64,000 nucleotides of DNA. Origin: an uncultured delta proteobacterium. GTDB lineage: Bacteria > Myxococcota_A > Polyangia > Haliangiales > Haliangiaceae. The position numbers and the translations under genes are program-made. How positions within the stretch are numbered: the stretch's first letter is position 1; the number at the start of each line of letters is the position of its first letter. The DNA is taken from NCBI GenBank assembly GCA_963848295.1, contig CAWKDB010000010.1, forward strand, positions 4,064,001 through 4,128,000, written 5' to 3'. The notes under the pieces are model-generated. The model saw only the letters and a program-made list of their open reading frames with translations. It made no database searches and was not told the origin of the DNA. Of this stretch, positions 49,301 through 57,883 are shown in pieces.

Positions 49301-51997
49301 CGACAGAGCCTGCACGAGCAAGTCACGGGCGTGATCGGCGCGCTCGGCGATGCGTCGCTGATCGACAAGCCAGGTGGCATCTTTGTACGCCGCAGCGATC
49401 AGATGTCGGATGCCGACGCCGTGCTGATCCAGACGTTGGCCCGCGTGATCATCAGCGACACCGCCGGCACGCTCGGCGAACAACTCGACCGGCGGGCGCG
49501 CGCCGAAGCGATCGTACCTGCCGCGTGGCCGACGAGCCGAGAGCGGCGCCGCAGTGATACGCCGGTCGCGCTGCCCGCGATCCAGCGCCCGGATCTCACG
49601 GCGTTCAACGGCCACGGCGGGTTCACACCCGACGGTCGCGAGTACGTGATCGTCACGCATCGCGACGCGCGCACGCCGGCGCCGTGGGTCAACGTGCTCG
49701 CGAATCCGTATTTCGGCAGCGTCGTGAGCGAGAGCGGCAGCGCGTACAGTTGGTGCGAGAACGCGCACTCGTATCGGCTCACGCCGTGGGCCAACGATCC
49801 GGTGAGCGACCCGAGCGGCGAAGCGATCTACATCCGCGACGAAGACGACGGCAGATTCTGGTCACCGACGCCGCTACCGGCTGGCGGCGCGACGCCGTAC
49901 ACGACGCGCCACGGCTTCGGCTACACCGTGTTCGAGACCGCCGAAGCGGGAATCGCGTCGGAGCTCAGCGTGTTCGTCGCGACCGACGCGCCGGTGAAGT
50001 TGCTCGTCGTCAAGCTGCGCAACTCTTCGGGCCGAGCGCGGCGGCTTTCGCTCACCGGCATGTTCGAGCTCGTGCTCGGGACGCAGCGCGCCGCAAGCCT
50101 GCCGCACATCGTCACCGAGGTCGATCTAAAGACCGGCGCGCTGTTCGCGAAGAATCCATACGCCGACGAGTTCGCGCCGCGCGTTGCATTCCTCGAATGC
50201 AGCGAGGACCAGCGCACGGTCACCGGCGATCGGGCGGAGTTCATCGGGCGCAACGGCCAGCTCGAACGCCCGGCGGCGATGACCCGCGCGCGGCTCTCCG
50301 GTCGCGTCGGCGCCGGGCTCGATCCGTGCCTCGCGATGCAGACGATCATCGAGCTTGCGGACCACCAAGAGCGCGAGATCGTGTTCGCGTTCGGCTCGGG
50401 TCGCGATCTCGCCGACGCGCGCTACATCGTCGGCCGGTTTCGCGGGCCAGCCGCAGCACAGACCGCGCTCGACGCGGTGTGGTCCTACTGGAACCGCACG
50501 CTCGGCGCGGTCAACGTCCAGACGCCGGATGCGAGCCTTAACTTTCTCGCGAACGGCTGGCTGCTATATCAGGTGCTCGCATCGCGTATGTGGGGTCGCA
50601 GCGGCTTCTACCAATCTGGCGGCGCCTTCGGGTTCCGCGACCAACTCCAAGACGCGAGCGCGTTGATCCACGCCGAGCCGACGGTGCTGCGCGAGCAGTT
50701 GATCCGCGCGGCGGCGCGCCAGTTTCCGCAGGGCGATGTTCAGCACTGGTGGCATCCGCCGCTCGGGCGCGGCGTCCGCACGCGGATCTCGGATGACTAC
50801 TTGTGGCTGCCGTATGCGGTGTGTCGTTACGTCGCGGCGATCGGCGACACCGGCATCCTCGACGAGAAAATCGAGCTCATCGAGGGTCGCCCGGTCAACG
50901 CCGACGAAGACAGTTATTACGATCTGCCGACCCGGTCGGTGGAGACCGTCACGCTGTACGACCACTGCGTGCGCGCGATTCACCACGGCCTGCGTTTCGG
51001 CGCGCACGGCTTGCCGCTGATGGGCACCGGCGATTGGAACGACGGGATGAATTTGGTCGGCGAGCAGGGCAAAGGCGAGAGCGTGTGGCTCGCGTTCTTC
51101 TTGTATGACGTGCTCGAGAGCTTCACGCTGCTCGCACGCAAGCGCGGCGACGCCGGGTTCGCCGAGATGTGTTCGACCGAGGCCGCGAAGTTGCGCGCCC
51201 AGATCCGCGAACAGGCGTGGGATGGTGCCTGGTATCGTCGCGCCTACTTCGACGATGGCAGCCCGCTCGGATCGGCGAGCAATGCCGAATGCCAGATCGA
51301 TTCGCTGCCGCAGAGCTGGTCCGTCTTGTCTGGTGCAGGTGACCCGGACCGTTCGCGCCAAAGCCTCGCCGCACTCGACCAGCGCCTCGTCGATCGCGGC
51401 TTGCGCTTGATCAAGCTGTTCGATCCGCCGTTCGATCACTCGCCGCTCGAGCCGGGCTACGTCAAAGGCTACGTTCCCGGCGTGCGCGAGAACGGCGGAC
51501 AATACACGCACGCGGCGGTCTGGGCGGTGATGGCGTTCGCGGCCGCAGGAGAAACCGCGCGCGCGTGGGAGCTCTTCGACATCATCAACCCGGTGCGCCA
51601 CGGCAGCGACACCGCAGCGATCGCGACCTACATGGTGGAGCCGTACGTCGTGGCAGCGGATGTCTATACAAATCCGCAGCACGCGGGACGCGGCGGCTGG
51701 ACTTGGTACACCGGCTCGGCGGGTTGGATGTACCGGCTGATCGTCGAGTCCTTGCTCGGGATCCGACTCGACGTCGATCGGCTTCACGTCGCGCCGCTCG
51801 TCCCCGCCGCGTGGGATGGCTTCGACGTCCACTACCGCTATCGCGAGACCGTGCACCACGTTCATGTCAAGAACCTCGGCGGTGGCGGCGGCAATGTCGT
51901 TCGCGTTGTTTGTGATGGCGCCGAGAGCGCTGACAAGACGATCCCGCTGCGCGATGACCACCGAGAGCATTGGGCGACGGTCGAAGTCGGCGGTTAG
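43328..51997 (+). CDS. ndvB: Cyclic beta-1,2-glucan synthase (Cgs/NdvB/ChvB; GT84 plus GH94 domains); exact start uncertain
   Basis: 2889 aa; PAAEWFIDNY, GWERKRGKL, SHDLLEG, RRARWIRGDWQ, YDLLASEARL, SWSGSMFEYLMP, QSGGAFGFRDQLQD, GDWNDGMN, ENGGQYTH, WYTGSAGW. Confidence 0.95.
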   Translation: MLSAPSHERVRSAPRRSPRFGHRRSVGDGVTAGEELPLRAELFSVTQLERHAQLLAAAHEIGPRTADDRLLARLAANQAVLAEAYTLVAEAVTRGRQITPAAEWFIDNYHLIEDQIRTARRHLPRGYSRELPRLVLEQTPRVYDLALELISHSHGRVDLDALRAFVTSYQTIRPLSLGELWAIPIMLRLALIENLRRVIAGVTAGRRDRELAGVWADKLLDVTPDDPSKVVLVLAQLIAADPPLSNAFVSELASRLQGQGAASVFPMSWLEQRLAERGQTIEHGFQLASQSQAADQVTIGNSIGSLRFLGATDWREFVETTSVIERALRGDPDGVYAAMDFATRDHYRHVVEQLARRSALSELAIAEAAVALAAKEPPGRTHHVGYFLIDRGRRELELVGKQKEPRGEVRVGQQRRWRLPIYVGAIAALTAAVTTAATHGADSTALDSIGRIAWPIVIAICASQLAVGIVHWAATLLVQPNLLPRLDFANGIPAEHRTIVAVPTMLTSTATVDELVDGLEVRFLANRDANLGFVLLGDLRDAATEHVAGDNAIIEHARTAIDTLNAKYPDASRGGGFFLLVRARRWNQREGTWMGWERKRGKLEDLNAMLRGDAERFAIVAGPIARLRAVKYVITLDSDTELPRDAARLLAGTLGHPLNRPVFDAVRGRVTDGYSILQPRVGITLDSARQTRFARLFSGDSGIDPYTRAVSDVYQDVFGEGSFIGKGIYDIDGVRESTAGKFPENRVLSHDLLEGAYGRSGLVSDVIVFEDFPAAHAADASRRARWIRGDWQIARWLFRRVPGGESRLPNPVSRLSQWKILDNLRRSLVPIAMGALFVIAWTIPGTALASLLVLAATLLLPGVLASSAALLRRPAETPLRSHISEHGRQLVRQLTRDAFALACLPYDAAISVTSIGRACLRVLILRRKLLEWKTAADAQRSARTTMLGIYASMWIAPVTALAVAAVLVRTASVWPAVPVLALWLFAPALVWWVSQPVETRRSRLSAPDHEFLRGLARRTWRFFETYVTDDDHDLPPDNVQEDPPVGIAHRTSPTNIGLALLANLAAYDFGYIPTGGVVARTARTFATLDKLQRYRGHFYNWYDTRTLEPLRPMYVSTVDSGNLAGHLATLASGLVALGHDRVIRPELFAGLRDTLAILEDAGADPTAVTSARALLELAPITLAKTREALVRVSAEAHRLELRVDSKSKELGWWAHAFDQQCQHALTELEQLAPWVTLGPPLAPLDRELQQRLDDIPTLAELARLEVTLAPVLARARAAAAGTAWLDELRAAVALASERAAARLTELHRLAAHAGELGDADYDLLYDRGRHLLAIGFNVVDRRLDASFYDLLASEARLASYVAIAQGKLPQEHWFHLGRLLTTSGGDPALLSWSGSMFEYLMPLLVMPTYDRTLLDSTYHVVVARQIEFGRERDVPWGVSESGYNKTDAHQNYQYRAFGVPGLGFKRGLADDLVVAPYASAIALMVEPDAACANLRVLAADDRLGGYGFYEAIDYTPTRLPPGKSSVTVRSYMAHHQGMSLLALAYALADRPMQRRFTADPALRATELLLQERLPRTATVYPHPAEVSAVRTTSSEGEHDLRIFTTPSTTQPEVHLLSNGSYHVAITNAGGGYSRWRDLAVTRWQEDPTRDCWGTFCYVRDVTTGAFWSVAHQPTLKPAASYEAIFSQGRAEFRRREDELDTHVEIAVCPEDDIELRRITIANLGRKRTLELTSFAEVVLTQPAADAAHRTFSNLFVQTEVVDADRAILCTRRPRSANERPPWMLHLMTVHGASARETSYDTDRAAFIGRDRSPADPIAMHRTALTNSSGAVLDPIVAIRNTVELGPEETIQLHIVTGVAETRDGAMALIDKYRDRHLAERVLELSWTQSQVIQRRLEASNADTRLWERLAGYVIYLNPALRAPRTVIASNRLGQSGLWAYGISGDLPIALLRISSAENIELVRQLVRAHAYWRLKGLVVDLVVWNEDPSGYRQSLHEQVTGVIGALGDASLIDKPGGIFVRRSDQMSDADAVLIQTLARVIISDTAGTLGEQLDRRARAEAIVPAAWPTSRERRRSDTPVALPAIQRPDLTAFNGHGGFTPDGREYVIVTHRDARTPAPWVNVLANPYFGSVVSESGSAYSWCENAHSYRLTPWANDPVSDPSGEAIYIRDEDDGRFWSPTPLPAGGATPYTTRHGFGYTVFETAEAGIASELSVFVATDAPVKLLVVKLRNSSGRARRLSLTGMFELVLGTQRAASLPHIVTEVDLKTGALFAKNPYADEFAPRVAFLECSEDQRTVTGDRAEFIGRNGQLERPAAMTRARLSGRVGAGLDPCLAMQTIIELADHQEREIVFAFGSGRDLADARYIVGRFRGPAAAQTALDAVWSYWNRTLGAVNVQTPDASLNFLANGWLLYQVLASRMWGRSGFYQSGGAFGFRDQLQDASALIHAEPTVLREQLIRAAARQFPQGDVQHWWHPPLGRGVRTRISDDYLWLPYAVCRYVAAIGDTGILDEKIELIEGRPVNADEDSYYDLPTRSVETVTLYDHCVRAIHHGLRFGAHGLPLMGTGDWNDGMNLVGEQGKGESVWLAFFLYDVLESFTLLARKRGDAGFAEMCSTEAAKLRAQIREQAWDGAWYRRAYFDDGSPLGSASNAECQIDSLPQSWSVLSGAGDPDRSRQSLAALDQRLVDRGLRLIKLFDPPFDHSPLEPGYVKGYVPGVRENGGQYTHAAVWAVMAFAAAGETARAWELFDIINPVRHGSDTAAIATYMVEPYVVAADVYTNPQHAGRGGWTWYTGSAGWMYRLIVESLLGIRLDVDRLHVAPLVPAAWDGFDVHYRYRETVHHVHVKNLGGGGGNVVRVVCDGAESADKTIPLRDDHREHWATVEVGG

Positions 51998-53187
51998 CGA
52001 TCGCAGCTGTTCATCATCCCGCTCGCGATCGCGTCCATGAGCGCTGCGAACTGCACAGCGTCGAACGACGAGCCGCTGGTCAGCCAGTCGTGGTGTCTTA
52101 GCTCGGGTCGCTGCTCGTGGTCGTTGTCCTCGTAGTGGCCGAGCACGTCGAGGTGATCGGCGAGCCCGGCCCACACGAGCGTGCCCCACAGTTGTGAGCG
52201 AATCGGCACGACGCCGTCGTTGCCCTCGACCGCGCCGTGGAGCTCCGGTGAGTCCTTGAACGCCGCGGCAAGCGTCGCTTCGAGCGCGGGCGGCTCGCCG
52301 GCGTCACCCGTGCGGGCCGGAAGCGGCGCACAGGGATAACGCTCGTCGCAATGCGACGAGATGCGATGCATCGCGGTGAAGAGCGCAAGCGAAAGCGCGT
52401 GCATCGGGTGGCCGAACGTGCGCAGCCATTTCGTCGGCGACGGATTCGGCGACATCGAGACCGTCGACTGGTACGCGACGCCGGGGCGATCGTCGAACCC
52501 GGCGGCCATGAGGTCCATCGCCTCGGGAGCGAGCTGCAACATCGCACCTTGATCATCTTTGATCGCGTTGAGGTAGGTGCGGACCTCGGGTTTTCCCGCA
52601 TCGGCTACGAGCTCGATCAGCGAGTCGACGGACTTGTCGAGCAACCGCAGCTCGATCCCGAACGTGCGATCGCCGCGTCCGAGGATCCGGATCAGCGCGC
52701 CGGTCGCGGCGAGTGGCCGTTGGCCGAGCGAGAGTCCGATAAACGTGAACGCCGAGAGTGCGTACAGCGCACGTTGACCATGCGCGGTCGCGAAGAAGCT
52801 CGCGAGCGGCGTCCCGTAGTGCGGCGTGTTCATCGTCGTCACGCTGCGCAATCGCGGCAACCACGCCATCGCGTCATCGCCGGTCTCCAAGCGCGAGCTC
52901 GGTGATGCGACGAGTCGCGCGTCGAGCCCGCCGGTCGAATGGCCGAGCAGATGAATAGGCCCACTGCCGGTCGCCGTCTGACCGATCAGCTCGGCGAGCT
53001 TACCAGCGCGTCTCCGCACCGATGCAGTCGGCAACACGTCGACCACGTGCACCTCGGTCGACTGCCCGGCGCGGCGAAACCGCTCGGTCAGCGCGCGCTC
53101 GACGTGCGCGAAGTAGTCGTACGTGGCGAGTCGCGCGAACCCGAACATGCCGGGCGACAGATAAACGTGCTGCACGGAGCTCTGCAC
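51994..53187 (-). CDS. Lipase-like alpha/beta hydrolase
   Basis: PGMFGF, GHSTGG, NTPHYGTP, NDGVVP, ADHLDVLGH. Confidence 0.88.
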   Translation of the reverse strand: MQSSVQHVYLSPGMFGFARLATYDYFAHVERALTERFRRAGQSTEVHVVDVLPTASVRRRAGKLAELIGQTATGSGPIHLLGHSTGGLDARLVASPSSRLETGDDAMAWLPRLRSVTTMNTPHYGTPLASFFATAHGQRALYALSAFTFIGLSLGQRPLAATGALIRILGRGDRTFGIELRLLDKSVDSLIELVADAGKPEVRTYLNAIKDDQGAMLQLAPEAMDLMAAGFDDRPGVAYQSTVSMSPNPSPTKWLRTFGHPMHALSLALFTAMHRISSHCDERYPCAPLPARTGDAGEPPALEATLAAAFKDSPELHGAVEGNDGVVPIRSQLWGTLVWAGLADHLDVLGHYEDNDHEQRPELRHHDWLTSGSSFDAVQFAALMDAIASGMMNSCDR

Positions 53188-53188
53188 G

Positions 53189-53998
53189 CTATTCGGCGGG
53201 CTCGACGGCGGTGCCGCTGTCGATCGTGACCGCGCTCTGGGCGAGCAACCGGCCGTTGATCGATGCACCCGTGTTCAAGGTGATCGACGTCTGGCTCAAG
53301 ACGACGCCCTCGAGATGCGCGGTCGTCCCGACATCGACGAGGCCCGACACCTGCCAGAAAATATTCCGCGGCAGCGCGCCACCTGCGAGGATGATCTTCG
53401 CGCCGTTGCTGAGCGTCAGATTCTGCGCGATCTCGAAGATCCACACGTCAGTCGAGCTACCGGTGAGCGTGACGTCGGTCGGGACGAGCACACCCGTGCC
53501 CCAACTGTACGTGCCGGCCGGGATGGTCATCCCGCCGATGTTTCCGGCCCCGAGCTCGGTGACACTGGCGGCGCGACCGGCTGCGTCGGTGAATGCGAGC
53601 TGCATGTCGCCGATCGCCGCGGTCATGTTCGCCGGCGTCGGCACGGCATAGTCCGCCGCGTACACCTTGCCGGTGACTTGCAACGAGGTCGAGAACACGT
53701 TCGAAGGGTCGGGGCTCAGCGAGAACCCGGTGATGAAGCTTGCGGCAGCTGGGCTGACACCGACGTTTCCGGTGATCGCCGAGGTCGGCACGGTCGAGAT
53801 CCCGGTCTTCGCGAGCGCGACGAACGTCCCCGACGATCCGAGGTCCACCGCGAGGCGGCTCGGATTGCGCGGACCATCGTGAGCTCCGCTATCTCCGCCG
53901 CCACCGTTTCCGTCGGGTCCGCCGCCGTTTCCACCATTGTCTCCACACGCGACGACTAACGAGATGATCGAGAGACCGAGTGTCTTTGCGAGTTTCAT
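53189..53998 (-). CDS. Ice-binding protein (DUF3494) lipoprotein
   Basis: LVVAC lipobox, Gly/Asn linker, AKTGIS..ITGNVGVSP..VYAADY..VWIFEI..NIFWQV..GRLLAQSAVTID. Confidence 0.92.
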   Translation of the reverse strand: MKLAKTLGLSIISLVVACGDNGGNGGGPDGNGGGGDSGAHDGPRNPSRLAVDLGSSGTFVALAKTGISTVPTSAITGNVGVSPAAASFITGFSLSPDPSNVFSTSLQVTGKVYAADYAVPTPANMTAAIGDMQLAFTDAAGRAASVTELGAGNIGGMTIPAGTYSWGTGVLVPTDVTLTGSSTDVWIFEIAQNLTLSNGAKIILAGGALPRNIFWQVSGLVDVGTTAHLEGVVLSQTSITLNTGASINGRLLAQSAVTIDSGTAVEPAE

Positions 53999-54040
53999 AT
54001 GCTCGGCGTAAAGCACCTTTCGAGCCACCTCGATCGCCGC

Positions 54041-54304
54041 TCAATTCGTCGGCGGCGTCGGCTGCGCCGGCACCGGCACCGGTGGCACGGTGTGCGTGGA
54101 CTTATCGGTGCGCGTCGTCGTCTGCGATCCGTCCGGTTGGTCGACGGTCGTCGTCGTCTTTACGTCCTTGCTCTTCTCGCCGGTGTTGTCCTCGGTCTTG
54201 GTCTCGGTGCGAGTGCTGGTGCGCGAGGTTGGTTGCGGCCCACCGCACGAGGCGACGAGTGCAGTAGTGATCAGGAAGCTACATACGTTGATTGATCTGG
54301 ACAT
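54041..54304 (-). CDS. Small Thr-rich lipoprotein
   Basis: LVASC lipobox; Thr/Lys-rich hairpin-like body. Confidence 0.7.
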   Translation of the reverse strand: MSRSINVCSFLITTALVASCGGPQPTSRTSTRTETKTEDNTGEKSKDVKTTTTVDQPDGSQTTTRTDKSTHTVPPVPVPAQPTPPTN

Positions 54305-54316
54305 GCTCGCGACGTG

Positions 54317-54332
54317 TGCAAAGACCCGGCCG
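54317..54332 (-). promoter_or_regulatory. Possible sigma54 -24/-12 promoter
   Basis: Minus strand CGGCCGGGTCTTTGCA, upstream of the lipoprotein/IBP/lipase run. Confidence 0.45.
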
Positions 54333-54460
54333 CATGGCGATTCGCGAGACGCGCCGATGACGCCGCCGCTGGAACGTCATCGCCGGAGCCGAGCGCGGGC
54401 GCTCGCTGGGGCGAAAGCGCAAAGGCGATTCGGCGCGAGTCGCCGCCACGCCGACGCGTC

Positions 54461-54712
54461 TCAACTGATCTTGTTCTCGATCTTCTTGCCGGCGATCTTC
54501 ACGGCGTTGCCCACGTCCTTGATCTTCTCGCCCACCGTGTGGGCTGCATCCTTGATCTTCTCGCCCGCGGTTTGTGCCGCATCCTTGATCTTCTCGCCCG
54601 TGGTCTCGCGTGCGGCGCTTGCACCCGCTGCCGCCTTGTCGACGCCTGCCTTTGCGGCGGCTGCGGCGTGATCGATGGTGTTCTTGATCTTGTTGGTGTT
54701 GGTCATGCGCAT
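54461..54712 (-). CDS. Small LEA/CsbD-like hydrophilic protein with 11-aa repeats
   Basis: GEKIKDAAQTA / GEKIKDAAHTV / GEKIKDVGNAV; 33-bp DNA periodicity (ccttgatcttctcgccc x3). Confidence 0.75.
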   Translation of the reverse strand: MRMTNTNKIKNTIDHAAAAAKAGVDKAAAGASAARETTGEKIKDAAQTAGEKIKDAAHTVGEKIKDVGNAVKIAGKKIENKIS

Positions 54713-54983
54713 GTAGGTGTGCAATTGGCCGGCCGACGACCCAAGGTCTCGAGGTCCGGCTGCGCTCCGAGCGCTCGCGCTCGCCGGGCGAGCCCAAACG
54801 TTGGATCGGGGCGCGTGCGTCACACGTTGGTTCGAAACCGATGCCGAGGCGCACGCGTGCGCGGCACGTCCGGTGCACAGGTGAGCGCGGGTGGCGCGTC
54901 TCTCGGCGATCGCGAGCCGTCGAGGCCGTCGCGGACCGCCGCAAGGTTGTTGACCGCCGGCGGGGTGATTGCGCTAGGCGCAC

Positions 54984-54999
54984 AGGCATGCAGCATGCG
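54984..54999 (+). promoter_or_regulatory. Possible sigma54 promoter upstream of the NtrC-like gene
   Basis: AGGCATGCAGCATGCG (GG-N10-GC). Confidence 0.35.
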
Positions 55000-55037
55000 A
55001 CGTTGCGCTCGGCCTTGAGCTCGGAAGGCGAGGTTAG

Positions 55038-56435
55038 ATGCGAGGACGAATCTTGATCGTCGACGATGACGTCGACACAGCGGAGTTGCTGCGCGAGGCG
55101 TTGCGCAGGCGCGGCTTCGACGCGTTTGCGGTCCATTCGGCGCAAGCCTGTCTCGATCAGCTGCGCGCGCAACCCGCCGCGCTCGTGATCACCGACGTCA
55201 ACATGTCGGGCGGCTCGGGAATCGAGCTGTGCACGCACATCGTGCGCGACTACCCCGACACGCTGCCGATCGTGATCACCGGTGCCTCGGGGATCGAGAC
55301 GGCGGTCGCCGCGATTCGCGCCGGCGCGTACGACTACATCACGAAGCCGGTCGCGATCGACGCGCTCTCGCTCGCAGTCGCGCGCGGGCTAGACCACCAG
55401 GTGCTGCGGCACGAGCTCGCGAGCCTGCGCTCCGCGACGAGCAAGGAGCTTCCGCGTCACCGCATCGCTGGGTCGAGCCCGGCGATTCGCGCGACGATCG
55501 ACATGATCGAGCGCGTCGCGACGAGCGATGCCACCGTGTTGATCACCGGCGAGTCCGGGACCGGCAAAGAGCTCGTGGCTCGTGCGCTCCACGACGTCTC
55601 GGACCGTCGCGATAAGCCGTTCGTCGCGATCAACTGTGCCGCGATGCCGGCGGCGCTGCTCGAGAGCGAGTTGTTCGGGCACGTCCGCGGTGCGTTCACC
55701 GATGCCAATCGGTCTCGGCAAGGTCTGTTCGTTCAGGCGGGCGCCGGTACGATCTTCCTCGACGAGATCGGCGAGATGCCGCCCGAGATGCAGGTCAAGT
55801 TGCTGCGCGTGCTGCAGGAGCGAACGGTTCGCGCCGTCGGTGGTGATACCGAAACGCCGATTCGCGCGCGCGTCGTCACCGCAACCAATCGCGATCTCGA
55901 GCTCGAGGTCGCCGAGAAGCGATTTCGCGAAGACCTCTACTACCGCGTCAACGTCGTGCCGATCGCCGTGCCTCCGCTGCGCGATCGCGGCAACGACATC
56001 TTGCTGCTCGCGCAGTTCTTTCTCGAGCGCATCGCGAAACGCAGCGCCAAGTCCGTCGAGGGCATCTCCGCCCCGGCGGCGCGCAAGCTCGTCGAGTACG
56101 ACTGGCCGGGCAACGTTCGCGAGCTCGAGAACTGCATGGAGCGCGCGGTCGCGCTGTGTCGGTTCAGCGAGATCACGCTCGACGATTTGCCGAGCACGGT
56201 GAGCGCGCACAGCGTGCTCGCGACGGCGATCCCGATGCTGGCGCCCTCCGAGCTGATCACGATCGACGAGCTATCGCGGCGCTACGTGCGTCAGGTGCTC
56301 GCGGCCGTCGGCGGCAACAAGACGCAGGCGGCTCGCACGCTCGGCATCGATCGCCGTTCGCTCTACCGCCGCCTCGAGCCACACAGCGCGGTCAGCGAAC
56401 CCGAGACGAACGGCGCGGACGCGCCGACGCCCTAG
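55038..56435 (+). CDS. Sigma54-dependent response regulator (NtrC family: REC-AAA+-Fis HTH)
   Basis: ILIVDDD, GESGTGKE, ESELFGH..GAFTDA, LFLDEIGE-like, WPGNVRELEN, AARTLGI. Confidence 0.95.
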   Translation: MRGRILIVDDDVDTAELLREALRRRGFDAFAVHSAQACLDQLRAQPAALVITDVNMSGGSGIELCTHIVRDYPDTLPIVITGASGIETAVAAIRAGAYDYITKPVAIDALSLAVARGLDHQVLRHELASLRSATSKELPRHRIAGSSPAIRATIDMIERVATSDATVLITGESGTGKELVARALHDVSDRRDKPFVAINCAAMPAALLESELFGHVRGAFTDANRSRQGLFVQAGAGTIFLDEIGEMPPEMQVKLLRVLQERTVRAVGGDTETPIRARVVTATNRDLELEVAEKRFREDLYYRVNVVPIAVPPLRDRGNDILLLAQFFLERIAKRSAKSVEGISAPAARKLVEYDWPGNVRELENCMERAVALCRFSEITLDDLPSTVSAHSVLATAIPMLAPSELITIDELSRRYVRQVLAAVGGNKTQAARTLGIDRRSLYRRLEPHSAVSEPETNGADAPTP

Positions 56436-56577
56436 CGTCACGGATCGATCGTCAACGTTGCGGACGCGAAGGTGGTCGGCGTCACACACGATCCGCTCGC
56501 ATGGACCGAACGACAACCGGCTGCTGTTCACGGTTCAGCTCGACGTGATGCGTTACACCCGTGATCGAGCGAGCGAC

Positions 56578-57654
56578 TCAATACTTGACGGTCACGCCTA
56601 GTCCGACATTGGTGCCGGTGCGCGAGGTGAGCGGCGCGAAGTCGCCGTAGCTGTAATAGAAGAGGTCGGCCTTGAGCTCGCCTTCGACGTGCGTGGCGAG
56701 CATGTAGTCGAGCTTGACCCCGAACGTCTCGGACCACAGCGGCGACAGCTCGCGATCGTAGGTGATGTATTGAGCGACGGTCGTATAGTTGTCTTGATAG
56801 AACGTCGCGGCGCCCTGCGTATAGAATCGCTCGCGCAGCCGGAGCTCGAGCTTGCGCGACAAGTTCACGAAGTAGCGCGCGCCGAACGTGTGGCTCGTGA
56901 TGCCCCAATCGTCGTAATAGAATCGATAGTCGGCCTGCACCGAGCTCGCGTCGCCGACCGCGCGGTTGATCCCGGCGACGAACGCCTGGCGCCAGCGCGA
57001 ATCGGGATCGGTCTCGGGCACCCAGAACTCGGGGGCGGCGTCGATGCTCGCTCGAATCGGCACGAACCGGTAAGGGCTCGCCTGATAGCCCGATTCGTAG
57101 CCGAGCTCGTAGCTGACCTGCGCGATCGTCCGCTCGTTGATCACCTGCGTCCACGCGGCGGAGATGCTGTGGACGTCGAGCGAGCGGGAGAAGTTTTCGT
57201 CGTCGGCGCGTCCGACCGTGTTCAGCGAGAGGTTGTAGCCGATGCCGAGCGTCGTGTTCTTGTCGTCGAGTTGCTGCTCGAGCCCCACGTTGAACGTGTG
57301 CGACAGGTAGTCGTTCTCCTTCGAGAACAGGTAGCCGGCGCGCACCATCAGCGTATCGAACGTGTGCGACCCGCCGATCGTCACTTGATGTCGTGTGTCG
57401 TGGATCGTCGTCTTCGACGCCTGGCTCACCACGTCGACCGAGGCCGACGTCACGACATCGGCGAGATAGCCGAGCGTGACGCTCGTATTCGGCGCGACAT
57501 CGGCGGCGGCGGACACGACCGGCGACACGACCGTGGTGTGATCGCTGTCGGCGTAGACCTGCACCTTCGAGACGAACGACGTATCGGCGCGCGCGAACGG
57601 TGCGACGCACGCGACGACCACGCACACGCGAGCGCAGCTGGCTAGTTTCCCCAA
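56578..57654 (-). CDS. DUF3570-family outer-membrane beta-barrel protein
   Basis: TTG start with GAGG; DVVTSAS, ENDYLS, YRFYYDDWGITSHT; terminal VKY. Confidence 0.85.
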   Translation of the reverse strand: MGKLASCARVCVVVACVAPFARADTSFVSKVQVYADSDHTTVVSPVVSAAADVAPNTSVTLGYLADVVTSASVDVVSQASKTTIHDTRHQVTIGGSHTFDTLMVRAGYLFSKENDYLSHTFNVGLEQQLDDKNTTLGIGYNLSLNTVGRADDENFSRSLDVHSISAAWTQVINERTIAQVSYELGYESGYQASPYRFVPIRASIDAAPEFWVPETDPDSRWRQAFVAGINRAVGDASSVQADYRFYYDDWGITSHTFGARYFVNLSRKLELRLRERFYTQGAATFYQDNYTTVAQYITYDRELSPLWSETFGVKLDYMLATHVEGELKADLFYYSYGDFAPLTSRTGTNVGLGVTVKY

Positions 57655-57661
57655 CGGGACC

Positions 57662-57883
57662 TCAATTGCACCCGCAGCCGCCCCCCGACGAGCCGTAGCC
57701 GCCGGACGAGCCTTCGCGCGCCTCCTGCATGTGCAGATCGAGCTCGTCTTCGACCGGATCGGGTGCGAACACCATCTTGCGTTCGGCGAGCGTCGCGCGC
57801 TGGCGCGGCCTGACATGCGCGCAACCCGCGAGCGACGCGATCGCGACGAGGAGTGCGAGGCTCGAGCGTCGCCGTGGGCGCAT
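57662..57883 (-). CDS. DUF4266 lipoprotein portion (possible internal ATG at 57883)
   Basis: MRPRRRSSLALLVAIASLAGC..GGGCGCN, the typical DUF4266 C terminus; next to DUF3570. Confidence 0.75.
   Translation of the reverse strand: MRPRRRSSLALLVAIASLAGCAHVRPRQRATLAERKMVFAPDPVEDELDLHMQEAREGSSGGYGSSGGGCGCN

Noticed and set aside
54500..54610. 33-bp periodic repeat as a non-coding array
   Set aside because: Explained by the 11-aa LEA-like coding repeats
56436..56577. Possible gene remnant between the NtrC gene and DUF3570
   Set aside because: Short frames with no start codon or recognisable motif
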